Positions 1-13,842 of a stretch of DNA of 64,000 nt are shown piece by piece. The stretch's first letter is position 1. Every line of letters starts with the position of its first letter. Position numbers and translations under genes: made by a program. The stretch comes from Callorhinchus milii (lineage: Eukaryota), in assembly GCF_018977255.1 (NCBI RefSeq), contig NW_024704742.1:53260001-53324000 (forward strand), written 5' to 3'. The notes beneath the pieces are model-generated. The model searched no databases and had not been told where the DNA came from. It saw only the letters and a list, made by a program, of their open reading frames with translations.

Positions 1-1058
1 TCACTGCCTACAAATGAGAGGAGGTGAATGCATGCTAGTGAGTTTCTGTAACTCCAATGATCCTGCCTTTCACTGTCTGCTGGACAACTGACATTTGCCA
101 AAGTACCAAAGTCTGCATTTCACTAACATTAAACATGTGATGGGCAGTCAGACCAGTGATCCAGGAATCTAAACAACCATGTGCTGAGTGACCAGTATTA
201 TTCTATGCAGCCAGCTCCACATCACGTAATGCAATAACACCGCATTACAATTGGGGCAAAAGTCAGCTGTCGTGGCCTCATAACTGACAACACAAAACCA
301 AGCCTCACATTTCTCTGCCCATCTCAGCGTGTTCTATTGATAATACTCATAAATTCTGACAAATGAATCATTTCAGATTGAATTAGATTTTTTGAAGATT
401 CAACTTTGTGGCTTCTAGCAAAACACCCGACCAACCAGTACTCCTTAATGAAGTCCTCAGGTTCCTGTCTGAACACACGTGTGGGATTCCTACAAGACAT
501 GCCGTCATTCAGCTGTTAGATTCTACTCGGTTATTATCCGTGTGACTCATGGAGGGAGGGAAGCCGACAAAACTATCACAAAGTCTGCACTAATTTATAG
601 TGGAAAAATTCACCAATTCTTCATCTTTCCATCTCTAAGTCTGTCCGCCTGCTGTAAGGCTCTATAGAATGATACAACACAGACACTAATTTCAGCTCTG
701 AGATTTTCCCCATTGTGCTAAATGTAACTGATCTTTACACAGCCCTGTTTTCTGTCAGAATGTTTTTAATCAAATCTTTTTTGGCATTTGTTGACAATTA
801 ATCTTTTGCTTTTGCAGCTGTACTGCATATCCCACGATCCTTTGCTGCATTTCACACCTCTGCTTAACTCGAACAAAACTATCCTGAGATAAAAATACTA
901 AAGCCGTTTAAATTTTAGTTCTTTTCCCATCACAATACAACTCTAAGCATCCTCTCCTACTCTGTATTTCCCAGTATTTCAAAACTGTGAAGTCCCTTAA
1001 CATCCACAGCTTTCCCTCCTCTTACTGTATGCAAGTTTTGAAACCCAAGCTTAGGAAC

Positions 1059-1740
1059 AAATAATCCTTGCATTGTGACACAGCACCTTTCACATCAGGA
1101 AGATATCTCAGAATGTGTCACAAGATTTATTATGAAATGTAGTGGGTTGTGATTTTGTAGCAGCAATTAATTTGCATACAGCAGTGTCACAAATATAACC
1201 TTGAGGTGAATGACTAGCTATATCAGAGGGATTGTTGGCCATATACTGGGAGAAACTCCCTTCTCTTTGCAAGTAGTGGACTGGTTATATGGGAAATCGG
1301 GAATTTACCCAAGTGCCCAGTGAATGGTTCCCAATGTTTATCAGAAGTTCCATTTATGTCTGACAAAATTTTTAATGGTAAAAGGTGCCAATGTTTAATG
1401 CTTTTGGTCACTCCATGCGCCCCCCCCCCCCACCCCACCCCCCCGTCCCCCCCACACACAAATTAGCACCCCTCCTTTTATCAGGACAATTCCGAGGTTT
1501 CTCAGGGAGTCAGTCCACCACTGGTGCCATGGGTCTATAACGCTCACTTAAACCCCAATTCGAACTGGTAGTTAGGACCTCAGTTTAACGTCTCATCTGA
1601 AGGAAGGCTCCTCCGACAATGCAGGCTATCCCCAGCACTGCATCGAAAAAGCCTCCAAGAAGTGAGTTCAAAGTCTCAGTGTGGGGTTTGATCCCACAAC
1701 CTTCTGACTCAGAGGCCAACTTAGCTAGGTTGACACCTTG
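1059..1740 (-). mobile_element. Older SacSINE1-like Deu SINE interrupted by a MITE
   Basis: Tail at left, TTGTTGGCCA...GAGAAACTCCCTTCTC, then TTTAACGTCTCATCTGAAGGA, and head CCACAACCTTCTGACTCAGAG...TTGACAC; foreign insert at 1271-1523. Confidence 0.8.
1271..1523. mobile_element. Non-autonomous hAT-like MITE
   Basis: Imperfect ~33-bp TIRs: left AAGTAGTGGACTGG...GGGAAATCGGGAATT, right reverse complement CAGTGGTGGACTGA...GAGAAACCTCGGAATT; host SINE resumes at GTGCCATGGG; no clear TSD. Confidence 0.6.
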
Positions 1741-1817
1741 TTTTTGCTTCTTGATTTATCTTGCTTTCTATTCCTTTAGTGGTGCCCTGCATTGTGGGGC
1801 TTGGTCCTTTACTTTGA

Positions 1818-2165
1818 ACCATAGAATTTTACAGTTATGGTTCACATTGAAGGTTATTTGGCCCATTGTGCCTGTCCTGGCTCTCTGAAAGAACTATTCA
1901 TCTTTTCCCAGTTGCCTGGCTTTTTTCCTTGACAGTTTATAGTTTTGCTTTTCAAATATTATTTTAATTCCCTCTTAAATGCAAGGATTATTATTAAAGC
2001 TGATATGGATTCTGCCTCAACTATGTTTCTAGGTAAGACATTCCACATCCTAATAACCCTCTGTGTAAAAAAATATTTCTCTTAACCTCTTCCTTCGTTC
2101 TATACCACCTTGTTGCTGATTTGTTGACCTATGGAAATAATTTACCCCTGATTACTTTGTCAAAA
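1818..2165 (-). mobile_element. Diverged CR1 3' fragment
   Basis: CCATAGAATTTTACAG tail, TTTGGCCCAT, CATTCCACATCCTAATAACCCTCTGTGTAAAAAA. Confidence 0.75.
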
Positions 2166-3839
2166 ACAGGGAACACGCCTCAGTTGTGAGTAATTTGGGT
2201 TTTTCCATAAAAAGCGTAAGCCAGGAGCCAAATTCTAGTGTGTGAAAATGGACTGGAGTTATACACATACTTTATAATGGCTAGTTTCTGTTGAAAGTTG
2301 GAGGTTTAAGTATTGCTGTCACTGAGCTGGATTCTACTGCTGCAACTGTGAATCATTCACAGCTGCACACTGTAGCTGCTGCCAGAAGAAGTTAGACTCT
2401 AAAGCGCTGCCACCTCTGCTTTTCCTGGACTGCCCAATTTAACCTCATAACCTGGAATGAACTGCGCTCCTCATATTGAAAGTAGCCCCTTGCTCTGATG
2501 GAATGCCAATGCTTTCTGGACACATGCCTCACTGCTTCTTTTCCAAGTGGTTTATAGGTCCACAAAGAACCCAATAAAGCAGTAGAACGCTCATAAGGTT
2601 TATTGAGATACAACGTTTTGCTGCACATCTTGTCGCCAAGAAGTAAAACCAATGGTTTTCCTTTCAATTGAACACTTATTGATTTTAAGATGTTACCAAG
2701 TCTTACACTCCTATTGATGATAGTTTTAGACCTTTCCTGTTTTTACTTTTGTTCTCAAGGTCTGAAGGTGCAATGTCAGAGGAGACAGCAGAAAACCAAC
2801 TCCAAAAAGTGCCCTAAATTAAGTCAATTCTTACAATAAATCTCTGCCACCAGATTAAGCTTCCCTTTCGTAGTTGCCTTCCTGTTGATGTGAGCTGCAG
2901 CATCAAGGAAAGTTTCAGCACCTTTGTGATGCCTTTTTGCCACGGTAAAGGTTTATTGCCAATGCAACAGCATGGTACCTGCTTAGGTCCGGTTTGCTTT
3001 TTCTGCTGTTCATTTTTAATTAAAGGTAACATTGACCTTTAAGCGAGAGCTGACAGGACCACCAACACTGAGACATCACATTGCTCCATGCACTTCTACC
3101 AGACAACAATGCCAGTTAACAGTTCAGCTCAGTTATGTCAGGCCCAGCTCAACACTGCCTTCCACAAGCACTGGACACGGTAAATTGAGAAGGTTGCAAT
3201 TTTACTTTGGTGGCTGATACTTAAGCAATTAACCGCATTAACATAAAACATCATCTGGCCAGTAAGACAAATGTCTGAGCAATACAATTTTGCGTACATG
3301 CATACTCTTCCTGAGAATTTACAATAAAAACAGGAATCTAGACTAACCCTCCTCACCCAGCTTGCACATTCTAGAAGATCCTATCGTTCTCACTGGAAAT
3401 AACAAGTCTAAGGGATCAGTTGCTCTGGCTTCAGCCCAGGGAGAAAATTCTCCTTTTGCTGTTTTAATAGCATTTATTATGAACATTTAGTCTGCAAACA
3501 ATGAGGAAAAGTAACGGTGCTGAGAACTCACTAAAATACCAGAGTTGGCAACATCTGGAAGTGATCATTCAATGAAATGCCTTCCATTGACGTAATGAGG
3601 TCCTCCAGATGTGGCAGAACCACAACTGTTTAAATTACCAGCAAGGGCCCACAGCTTCCAACAACATGCCTACATAAAAAGGCAGCTTTCCCTTTTAGAA
3701 ATTCAGATTTCGGATATCTGCTTAGGTCTGCACCAGAAGGGCAGTTGTGCTATCGAAATTCTAAACTCTCAAGCACTTTAACAATTCATCAGGAAATGGC
3801 TAACATGTACACTGAGCAGGTTAGAGCACCCCGACCGTC

Positions 3840-4255
3840 ACCAATCTTCATTGTGTCCCTGTCTCTCAGCAGATCAATTTTAAGGTCCTCACCCTCACTA
3901 ATAAATCCATCCACTCCCTGGCACCTCCTTATCTCTCCGATCTCCTTCTGCCTACACCTTCCTTCCTTCAGCTAACTCTACTTGCTGTGTCCCCCATCCT
4001 CTCCACACCATCAGTGGCCAGATTTCAGTTCCTACTCCCCTAATCTCTGGATTTCCCTCTTTCTCTATCACTCTGTCTCACCCCCTTTCTGTCTTTAATT
4101 TCCACCTCAAATCTTACCTTTTGGAACAGGTCTATGGCCACCTCTCTCTTCCCTCGCACCTTTCCTTTGTCGGTTTACAACCCTGTCCCCTGGAAAGCGC
4201 TCTGACATGTGACCCTATGTGAAGGGTAGTATATAAATTCAAGTTGTTGTTGTAG
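3840..4255 (+). mobile_element. Diverged L2 3' fragment
   Basis: ATCAATTTTAAGGTCCTCACCCTC, pyrimidine-rich body, ATATAAATTCAAG(TTG)n. Confidence 0.75.
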
Positions 4256-4279
4256 AAGCAGGACAGTCAGTAGTTTGTT

Positions 4280-4710
4280 CGATAGTCTGTGCTGAGCTGC
4301 CAATTTCTGGAGGCTACAAATTCACAGTCATTGCACTTTACAGTAAATTCTGTTTGTAAAGCACTTTGAAACGTCTTCCCAGAGTAAAAGATACTATAGC
4401 AAATGCAAAGATTATTATTCTAAGGGTTATTATCTCAGTAGTTGGGGTGCTATAATTGGTCTCAACAATTAGGGTTAGGGAGGGGAAAAGCAACCAGTGT
4501 TCCAACCTTTTATCCCTGTTGGAAAGTATGTGGATGTGTGGAGGTCAGGTGAGGAGGGGATTGGACTCAACTATGATATCCCCACTTCCTATGGCTGAAT
4601 AACCTTATGACATGCACTGTCAAGGCACTCACACGAATACTTAACACTTGGTTGAGGTACCAGAAAGGAATTGCTGTACCTGTCCCCCAGTGTAAGGAAA
4701 AAGGAGTCAA
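4280..4710 (+). mobile_element. Family B copy interrupted by a Deu-SINE tail (~4310-4420)
   Basis: GTCTGTGCTGAG, GGGGTGCTATAATTGG, TAGGGAGGGGAAAA, GGTGAGGAGGGGATTGG, CACTTGGTTGAGGTACC. Confidence 0.65.
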
Positions 4711-6667
4711 ATACATTCTGGAGAGGAGATGAAAAACAGTACAGAAAAACGTCAGGAGAGAGGAAAAATATATTATATTTGAAAGAGCGTACATGATAAA
4801 ATGATGGCAAGAAATCAAATACAATTAATCGACTTTGTCTGGTACAAATTGAATTACAAGTATCTGCAAAACCGAGACTTCAGTGCCACAATAGCTCCAT
4901 CCTTAATGAGTTGTACCATTCAATAGAAGTCATATTTTATGTTTTTTATGCTTGGTGCCCTCCCCCACCTTTCTGTTATTATGTTTGTGAGAGCTGTAGG
5001 ATTATGTTTTTATTTCTTAAATTCCACAGGAGCGCTCAGTTGTCACATACCATGTGTAATCTACGCCCTGAGTCTCTTTAAAACTTTGCGGTTCTTGTGC
5101 CCTGGCAACATAAATATCAGGTTTCATCCATTTGTCAAAATCTCTGACCTTCCCAAAGAAACTCCAGTTTTGTACAAATATCACGTTCGGCCACACACAC
5201 CACAGGACATCTGTCCTTGTCTATTGCTCCTTTGTTTTTTGTTGTGAAAAGAATTCTGAGGCCCCCCAACATTAGGTGATTTTAGTTTCATGCTGCCTTT
5301 ATAAACAAATTGGGGCCATATTGATATGCACTTTTCCTTAGTAATATAATAATAATCCTTGTATTTGACAATGCATCAAAACTTCTCAAAGTACCTCACA
5401 GGGAGTCTCTGCAAAGATGGCTGTTTTTGGAACATTGTTGTGTGCAAATTGCCTCTGGCATTCATCTACAAATACACAGTCACTGCACTTTACAGTAAAA
5501 TCCTCTGATCAACGACATGATAAGGTGCGGTTTCATATTCATTTATTTATCAGGCACGCATTCTCGTTTTTTTTCATATGTGACTCTGTATATTACAAAT
5601 GCAGCTTATTTTGTTGCTGGAATTTTTTAGCACAAGGTCACATCGTGTCTTCCTCAAATATTTTCCGAGTTCCAGGTAGGGATTGCAGCAGAGGGAAGGC
5701 AGACAGGAATTGGACATGTGCCACTGTTTTGCTGATTTGGTTCTGAACAGGTTCCAGTGGCAGGAAACAAACAAATGGTGAGATCAGGCAGTGCAATCCT
5801 CGTGTTTCAATGTAAAGTAGCTTTACGTTGCAGTAAGCTATGATCTGATCACTTCAGATAGTCCCAGGAGATAAAATCTACAGCCCACACAATATTAATA
5901 GTCTTCCAAATAAGCAGGTACATTTTTGCATGAGTTCAACTCTGATTATTCTGGAGCCAACTAAGTGCCCCAATTCCTGTCTCAGCTAAAGGCAACTCAT
6001 TGAGCCCAGACTGTATTTGACTCTGTGAATTGCTTCAGTATTGTGCTGGGTGGCTCCCTTTACCTCTAGGCCATGAGGGGATTTGTGTGAATTGAGCAGC
6101 TTTACATCATAAAGGGACTTGGTCGGAGAATTTATTTAGCCAGATAAGGTAAATAGCTGATCTGGTGATAGGGTAGGATTTTTCATGGTGTTGATATGAT
6201 AATAAAACAAACACTAATTGATCACAAAATTGCTGTTTTAGCACGAAGCTGGAGGGTTACAAAATAGCTAGAAAAATAACAACCTGTAATTTTACAGCGA
6301 CTTTCAGTTAAGTGCTTCACAGAAACGATCATGAGAAACCGTGCAGGGAGGAGAGAAAGGGGAATTTAAGAACGTTGACAAAGGCACGGTAAAAAGGCCT
6401 TTTGAAAGCAGGCAGAGAAGGAGCAAAGCAAATCTTGGGTGAGACAGTTCCAGAGAGCAGGGGCTTAGTGGTTGATAATTCCATTCGCAGCACCGGTGAT
6501 CCTTCATTTACCAGTCAGGGTTATGAAGCTATATATATATTTCCTGGACTTATTTCTCTGCAGTGCCCTTTAAGAGCAGACATCACCTCTGACTAATCTA
6601 CTATGGCTAACATCAACCCAAAGCTCTGAGTTGCAAAGTTGCTGCGTTTCCTTGTGCTAAGTGTTGT

Positions 6668-6885
6668 TGTTTTTGGTCAGTCGGGTGTCTGACACATGCA
6701 GAAACCCATCACCATGCTTAAGAGTGTCCAAACCAGATTGATATTTCTACATATGCCTGACACCTTCATACGGAAACTTCCCTGTGTCTGGAATAGAATG
6801 AGCAGTTGCTCCCTGGAGGTACACACAATGCTTATGTAATTAGCTTCCGGCACAAGTTGGCAGAACCAAGGCTTGGGGTTCCGGG
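6668..6885 (-). mobile_element. Unclassified dispersed family C copy
   Basis: TTTTTGGTCAGTCGGGTGTCTGACACATGCAGAAACCCATCACCATGCTTAAGAG, shared with five other loci. Confidence 0.8.
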
Positions 6886-7284
6886 AGTGACTGACTATAT
6901 CTGTTGCGGTGGGGAAACCAGAACATTTATAAAGATTAGTTCAGATTGGGAAATGATGTGTCATTCTTTCACACGTGGTATGAACAGCATCTGTTTTTTC
7001 TGATATGAAAACAAATTAAATATGAATAAACATCCACTAAATAACATAATATTCAACTCAATCTTACAAAGTACTTATTAAATACAGCAAATCAAACCAA
7101 TTGGCCATAAACTACAACAACAACAACAACAAAATTACATTTATAGAGCGGCTTTCACGTCGGGAGGATGTCCCAAGGCGCTTTAAAATGTTAAAACTAA
7201 CATTTTAACTGTTACAGAAGCTGTCATTGTCTGTTCAGCGGGATAATACTTTTTTTAGACTTCACATCTCCCTCGGTGATGGAA

Positions 7285-7600
7285 GAAATCCACCCCAGGT
7301 TCCCGTTCTTATCACTATCCAGTAACTGCACTCCAGGTTCCCGATCAGTATTTAATAGATCCACTCCAGGTTTCTGCTCCTGATCACTATCCACTGGTTG
7401 GTGTTGAAAAATGAATGAGTTTGGCTCTGAACTCCTCACAGCTGAATAACCAGCTGACAGTTGGTATCTTCACTCACACATGAAGAATGGCACTTGGACA
7501 TGGTACCAGCCCCTTGGAACTATACTCCAGTGGGAGTCATCCCATTCCAGCAGGAGTAAGTGCATTCAGAAGTGGAGAAAATAAAAGTAAGGAAGTAGGG
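7285..7600 (+). mobile_element. Family B copy with an internal triplication
   Basis: CCAGGTT(C/T)... three times, then CTCACACATGAAGAATGGCACTTGG and GCATTCAGAAGTGGAGAAAAT. Confidence 0.65.
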
Positions 7601-9828
7601 AAAATAAATTAGCAATTGAGGTAAGAAAATTGTACCTGACTCTGTTGCATGTTCTTTGGGTTCCAATCGGAATACAAAGACTTGGAACCAATTCACTGGA
7701 AGAACAACAGGTCGTAAACCTCTACATTGAGGTTAAATTCCAGGAGCTGAGAAAGGATTAATAGTTATTAAATCCTCAGTGTGTTGTGGCTGGCCCTCTG
7801 GAATGCTGCTTGGATGTTAACTTCATGGACATTGGAACTGAGATCAGGAACTGAATGGAGTTTCATTGAACTACAACCACAACTTGTACTTATATAGCAT
7901 CCTTCACTTAGGATAGCTTTTCAGAGTGTTTTACAGTGGCCGGATTGAACATAGCGCATGGGAGAAGGAGGAGGGGGAGGTGGCCATAGGCATGATGGAA
8001 GAGATAAAGCAAACTGGAAAACGACACTAACTGGGAATCCTTTTGCGATTCCTGCAATTCAGACTCATTATAATTCCATTGCTGCTTCGTGATGGGTGCG
8101 AGCTGTCACTTACAAACAGCTGCTTTCTAATGAGGTTTTAGAAATTCCACCAGTAAAGTGTTACAAAGTCATTGGCAAACCAGCTGAGAGTTGACATTCA
8201 GCTGGAGGCTCAAAATCCATGTTTCTTCACCCTGCTCTACAAAAGGGAAATGATCTTCCAAAGAGGGAATGCCAGATCTTTGCTTTTCCCATCACAAACG
8301 TTTATAGTCGGATACTCGAGAGAATAGAAAATATTAAAAACAATCATCGTTTGCAGTGGTTGAGCTGCTCGGTTGCATTCTTACTGACTGATGTTTTACT
8401 ATAGTTACTTTAGTCTGTGGCTGTGCTCACTGGGACTCATTAGAAACTGTGATAAGAATTTAACGCATCAGTTAGCTACACTTGGAACAATCAGTAAATG
8501 CCAACTGGCTGCTTCTATCAACGTCACATCAGCAGAATTTTCCAATTATGAGGAAATGAGGTGCAATTCTGAAGGTCTGGTGGCACAGGCAAAGATTTGA
8601 GTCTCCAAAGAAGGAAGGAAGTCATTAAACTTTTCAGTCAATCCCATTAGACCATCTTATGTGCCAAGCTACAGCAGTGTGTAAAGCATATAACATTACC
8701 TGTTAAAGGACAATAATAAGCCTTACGAGAAACAGAACATCTCTGTGTATACGTTTATCTGGGATGAGGGTGCACCATCTGCTATTAGTCTGTAAACGGA
8801 CACTGAGCATGTGCTGTGGTGGTAGCTCTGCAATCCGACATCTGCCTTGGTTGTACACATCCTGGGGGCAGGAACTGTAAAATGACTCTATATTCTGCTG
8901 CCAGAGCCATAAAGAAACACGTTGCGGAAAAACCTCCATTAACTGCGCATAAACTTCTCAGCTTTTAATGAGATTATGATTGTGAATTCAATTAGCAGAG
9001 CATCTGACAACAGAGCACCTGATCCCACTCCGAGCAGCCTGCAGGATCCTCACAGGTTCCCACAGGAAAGGTGGGAGGCAAGTACATGCAGCATCCAGTG
9101 TTATTACCACGTCTGAAACAACACCACCACCACCTTACATTTATATAGTGCCCCTCCCAAAGCGCTTGAACTATCAAGTGTAGCTGATGGCAAAATAAAC
9201 AAAAATAATCCTTGCATTTGATACAGTGCTTTTCACATCAGGAGGATGTCTCAAAGCACAGCATATCCTAATGTGTAGTTACTGTGTACTTGTAGGCTCT
9301 GCAGAATGTACTTTGAGTAATATGGCATGGAAATGGCCCACTTTGTAAAATGTATATTTTTCCCCATTTATATGAATTGTAACAGAAAATTATAACTTTC
9401 TTTTTCATAAAGTCTACTCTTATTATTATTATCTTTCTTGTTTGTAATAAATAAAAACACAGTTGTATAGCGCCTTTCACGTCAAGAGGACGTCCCAAAT
9501 AAATGCAATTTGTTGTTGCTGCACAAGGTATTGTCTCCACACCATGTTTTACATGATAATAAAGCTCTAGGCAGCCATCCTTATGTAGAGTTACATATAG
9601 TGATACATTATGGAAATGGCCCATTTCACCCAACTAGCCTATGCCAGTATTTATACTCCACATGAACCCCCGCCCCTCCTATTCCCCTCACCTATCAGTT
9701 TTTTTCTTTAAATATATTGATGCTCTCTGCCACGATCACAGCTTCTGGCAGTAAATTCCATATTCTCACCACCATCTGTGTCAAGAAGTTTTTCCCTAAA
9801 CTCCCTATTAGGTTGACTTCTAGTTGTG

Positions 9829-10180
9829 TGTCATTCTGGCTCAGTTGGTGTAACGCATACCTCTGAGACAGAAGTTTGTGGAACTCATATAGTCTAAGCT
9901 GACACTCCACTGCAGCGCTGGGGGTGTGCTGCATTGTTAAAGGTGTTGTCCTTTGGTTCAGACATTAAACCAAGGCCATGTCTTGTTTCTCCAGATATTC
10001 TGCCGACAATTCCCAACTAAAATTGAACATTCACTTCATAGCTGTTTGTGGGACATGCTATGTGCAAATTGGTTGCCAGGCTCCACTTGCAAAATGCACA
10101 GTTACTACACTGTGAAGGGTTTTGTGACATCTCTCAATGCGAAAGGTATTATACCAAATGTAAGGATTATTATTATTATT
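9829..10180 (+). mobile_element. Older SacSINE1-like Deu SINE, internally deleted
   Basis: GGCTCAGTTGGT...CCTCTGAGACAGAAG head, GCTGACACTCCACTGCAG, Deu core, (ATT)n tail. Confidence 0.8.
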
Positions 10181-11089
10181 AACTTATGCCCTCTACTTGT
10201 GATTTCTATGCTGAAAGTAATGCAGAAGACGCTGGGGTTGATCACTTGATGATCTTTCTGGGAAATCCCATTACAAAAGATGACTATGTTTAGTAACCTA
10301 TTGCAATTTATCCCTTTGTGCAGTTTCTGTTTACTGTAATGTTGTAACTCCCCAGCAGTCTTGCCGGCTTGTTACCCACATAATAGTCGTAACAACCTTC
10401 TCCCAGAGCTCTCTCCCCCTCACCAACCATCACCTGTTTTTAAGCAAAACTTCAAAATAAACTGTTTTTGTTTCGCTTGTTAACAATTTTACAAAAATGC
10501 CCTTGAACTTCAAATATGGGAGATGAAGACTGAAACATGAACACAAATCACATTGGCTCTGTCAAACAACAGCACAATACATCATCAAAATGGTTCTGTT
10601 TGCAGAATTCTGGGTCAGAAGTTCGCTCCATGAAAATAAATGGGAACTTAAATGTCAAACTGTTATATTCCTTCAGTTTGTCTCAATTGTACATAATACT
10701 TGTGCTGAAGAAATGAAATTGCTAATCTCCTGCACATTTGACTATTGCCCTCTTGGTTTGATTTCAATCTTTTTCTGAGGCCAAAAATACACACATACAT
10801 CAATTATCTGTACAAAATCTCTCCTGTCTCGAAAATCTTAAATTGGCAGTTTTCCTTTTGTAGACTTATCTTGTCTGTAATTGAAACAACTTTTCCTTTA
10901 ATATTGTAAGAATATCTTAATGTTGGTAATGAACTGAAAGGCCTTCTTTATGAATAGACTCAATGTTCCAACAATCCAGTTGTGTAATCTGTATCTTGTC
11001 TTATGAACGTCAACTCATAGTGCACTTAGTAAAGGTAATAGTCCAAGTTGGAATTGAGACACACAGATCATGTTTAATCCTCATTTGTT

Positions 11090-11585
11090 TACGTTGAGCT
11101 AAGGCAGGCCAGTGTTGGGAAGTTTCAACCGCCTCTGCAACATAGACTACGGAAGGAAAAAATCAACAAAGATTCCCGCTAAAGTGATTAATGCTGGAAA
11201 GTGTGCTTAGGTGGATATCAGAGATGAGGAAGAGTTGGTCTTTGCTTAAGAATAAAGTGAATAGTATAAATATAATAATACTTGTGTTTGATATAGTCCC
11301 CAAAGCACCAAAATGTCTCAAGAGTACTTCATAAGTAATTGTTGGCAACTCTGCTGACTATATTTGTGGGCAAACGTGGCAGCCAATGTGCACGCAGCAC
11401 AGCAAGGTCTCTCACACAGTCATGAAGTGAGCATCCTGCTGAGTGAGAGTCACTGTTCAGGCTCACACACAAAGAATGGGTAAGATAAAGAAGGGCTGTT
11501 TGTGCTCGTGGAACTGCACTCATCACGGGTCAGCACCTACGGGAAAAGAGGGCAGAGAATTGGAGGGAGGAAAACAAAACAAAAA
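11090..11585 (+). mobile_element. Family B copy interrupted by a minus-strand Deu-SINE fragment (~11270-11430)
   Basis: GGAAAGTGTGC, TCACTGTTCAGGCTCACACACAAAGAATGG, GTCAGCACC...GAGAATTGGAGGG and an A-rich end. Confidence 0.65.
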
Positions 11586-13842
11586 GTGTTAAAATACTAG
11601 TCTCCAAAAGTACTGAAGCTATGATCTGATAATGTGAGAAACATGTTATGCAGCATAGAGGTGAAATACTCAAATTATGATTTTCTTTGTCAAATGCACA
11701 ACAGCAGTCAAGAATGCGTAAAAACTGTTTATAATCCTTAGATTTGGGATAGCTCCATTCACTTTGGGAGGACGTTTCAGAGAACTTCATGGGACATACT
11801 GTAAAGTATAGTGACTATGTGTTTTTGTGGGTAAATGCTTGAAGGACTCAATGAAAATATCAGTGACTCACTCTTTTCTTGTCACTTGCAATCCTGCCAC
11901 ATGTTCTTTATATCACAAAATCTGCTTCATTGCCATTCCTGTCACATAGGGCCAGTGCAACAGCCATTGACAAGTGAGTGCATTTCAATTAAAATCCTCA
12001 AGCACCCAGCAATGTGCATCTGAAACTGTTGCTTTGACCTGAATGGTAGAAGGAATTGGAACAGTCTCCTGAGGTTTGACCTTAGGCCTAAAGTGAATCC
12101 CTCCAGTGTGCACCAGGCTTGCAACACACACCCTGCATTTATTTATATACACCGCAGTAATAATAATAAGAGACACTGCAAATAAATAAGACAAAGTCAC
12201 CCCTTACCAACTTTGGGGCAGAAATTCTCCCCATATGTGTGGATTACAGCATAAATCAGTGATAATAATAATAATCATTGCAATTGATATAACACATTTT
12301 ACAGGAAGAAGACACCTCCAAGTGCTTCCCCAGATTTACTGTAAAGTGTAGTGACTGTGTATTTTGCAGGTGAATGATTACACATGGCCCCAATCCAGTT
12401 GGTGAGTGATTATTAGTATTATTATTTCAATTTTGATTTATTATTTTCATTATTTTTACTGCCCAGTAATTTTTTCCTTTACTCTTCTTCTGAATGTTTT
12501 TCCATCTACTGAATGCAGGCAATCAGTGTGGAAAACTTATGATGCTTAACAAATCAATTAGCTTTGAAATACCATCCTGATTGAGTGTTCTATATAAATG
12601 CAAGCTGTTGTTGTTGTTGTTGTAGCTCCTGGGTTTGCTCAAGGTGGACTCAACTACACAATACAGTCAATATATTCTGTGAAGCGCTTTGGGATGTTTC
12701 AACAACGTGATAAGGTGCTATATCAAATACAAGGATTATTATTATAATATCCCTCTCAATGGTCACATCTGAGAATGCCATGGCATGATTTGGACCCTCC
12801 GTATGCTGGAGCAGTGAGGCTAATTGTAGTACTCACACTGTTGCCCTGGCTGAGACTTGCTGACTCAGGACAGACCCACGCTCAAACCTGGGGCCTTCTT
12901 AGGTCTTAGTGGCCGAACTCAATGAACTGACGGGGAACAGATGTTCCTCATCTTTTAACCTGTTTCTTAAATTTTGCCCATTTCTGTGAGGTTCAGTTTA
13001 ATTACAAGTCTTTTAAGATTAATTAGAAATCTTCTGTTAATGATAGTGAACTGTAGAGTGATGTGATGGGGTAGGGATGGGGGATGAGAAGGAAGAATGC
13101 AATTTAATTCAGGATTCAGTTAATGTCAGAGTCCATTCAATAAAGCTGAAATGATTATAGGTTTCACCTGAGCCCCATGGAGAAATCTGCTTATCTGAAA
13201 TTGTTATTGTTTCTCCCTTGATAGATTAAAGTAGCGTTGATACAGATACTAGCTGAAGAATGTTTGAATATTACTGAAGAATAATGAGGTCAAAGTTCAC
13301 AGAAGAGGATAATAAGGCAACCACTTGAGTGGTAAAGGAATTAGGAGCCCAGTGTACACACTCATACTTACATACCGTGCTTTTACACACTGACAAAAGA
13401 AAAACAAAGCTTCAGATGTGTAGCTTTGTCTGATGGAGGTTCACACCTTGGATTTATTGAAACAGAAGCACAGGGATTGAAACACACTGAAGGGATGGAT
13501 GATAGAACAAAATTTCCCAACAAATACATTTTCTATTGTTAACCGATATTTCCTGGAGTGGGCTAAATGGCAATTTGATGGCTCCCTGCGAGATTGCTTT
13601 AAATTGTCCAAGTAATTCTTCAGATCTTCTCAACCACATCTACCTCACGTTCAAATTATTGTACCAGATGGTTACATTTTCTTGCTATTTATATCAAATA
13701 TCATCTAATATTTATTGAAATAGAGAGTGAACAAAATCTAGATTGAAATCTGATGCATTACATGCTTATACAAATGTAACATTTTAGGTAATTACCATTT
13801 CAATAATTGAGTAAGTAAGTATTGAGGCTATGTTTTTATTAT

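Noticed and set aside
2730..2950. Plus-strand exon after TTTTACTTTTGTTCTCAAG
   Set aside because: Only a short ORF and no partner exons; cannot be distinguished from chance.
8720..8880. Minus-strand exon with two open frames
   Set aside because: Short pyrimidine tract, mediocre donor, no recognisable protein.
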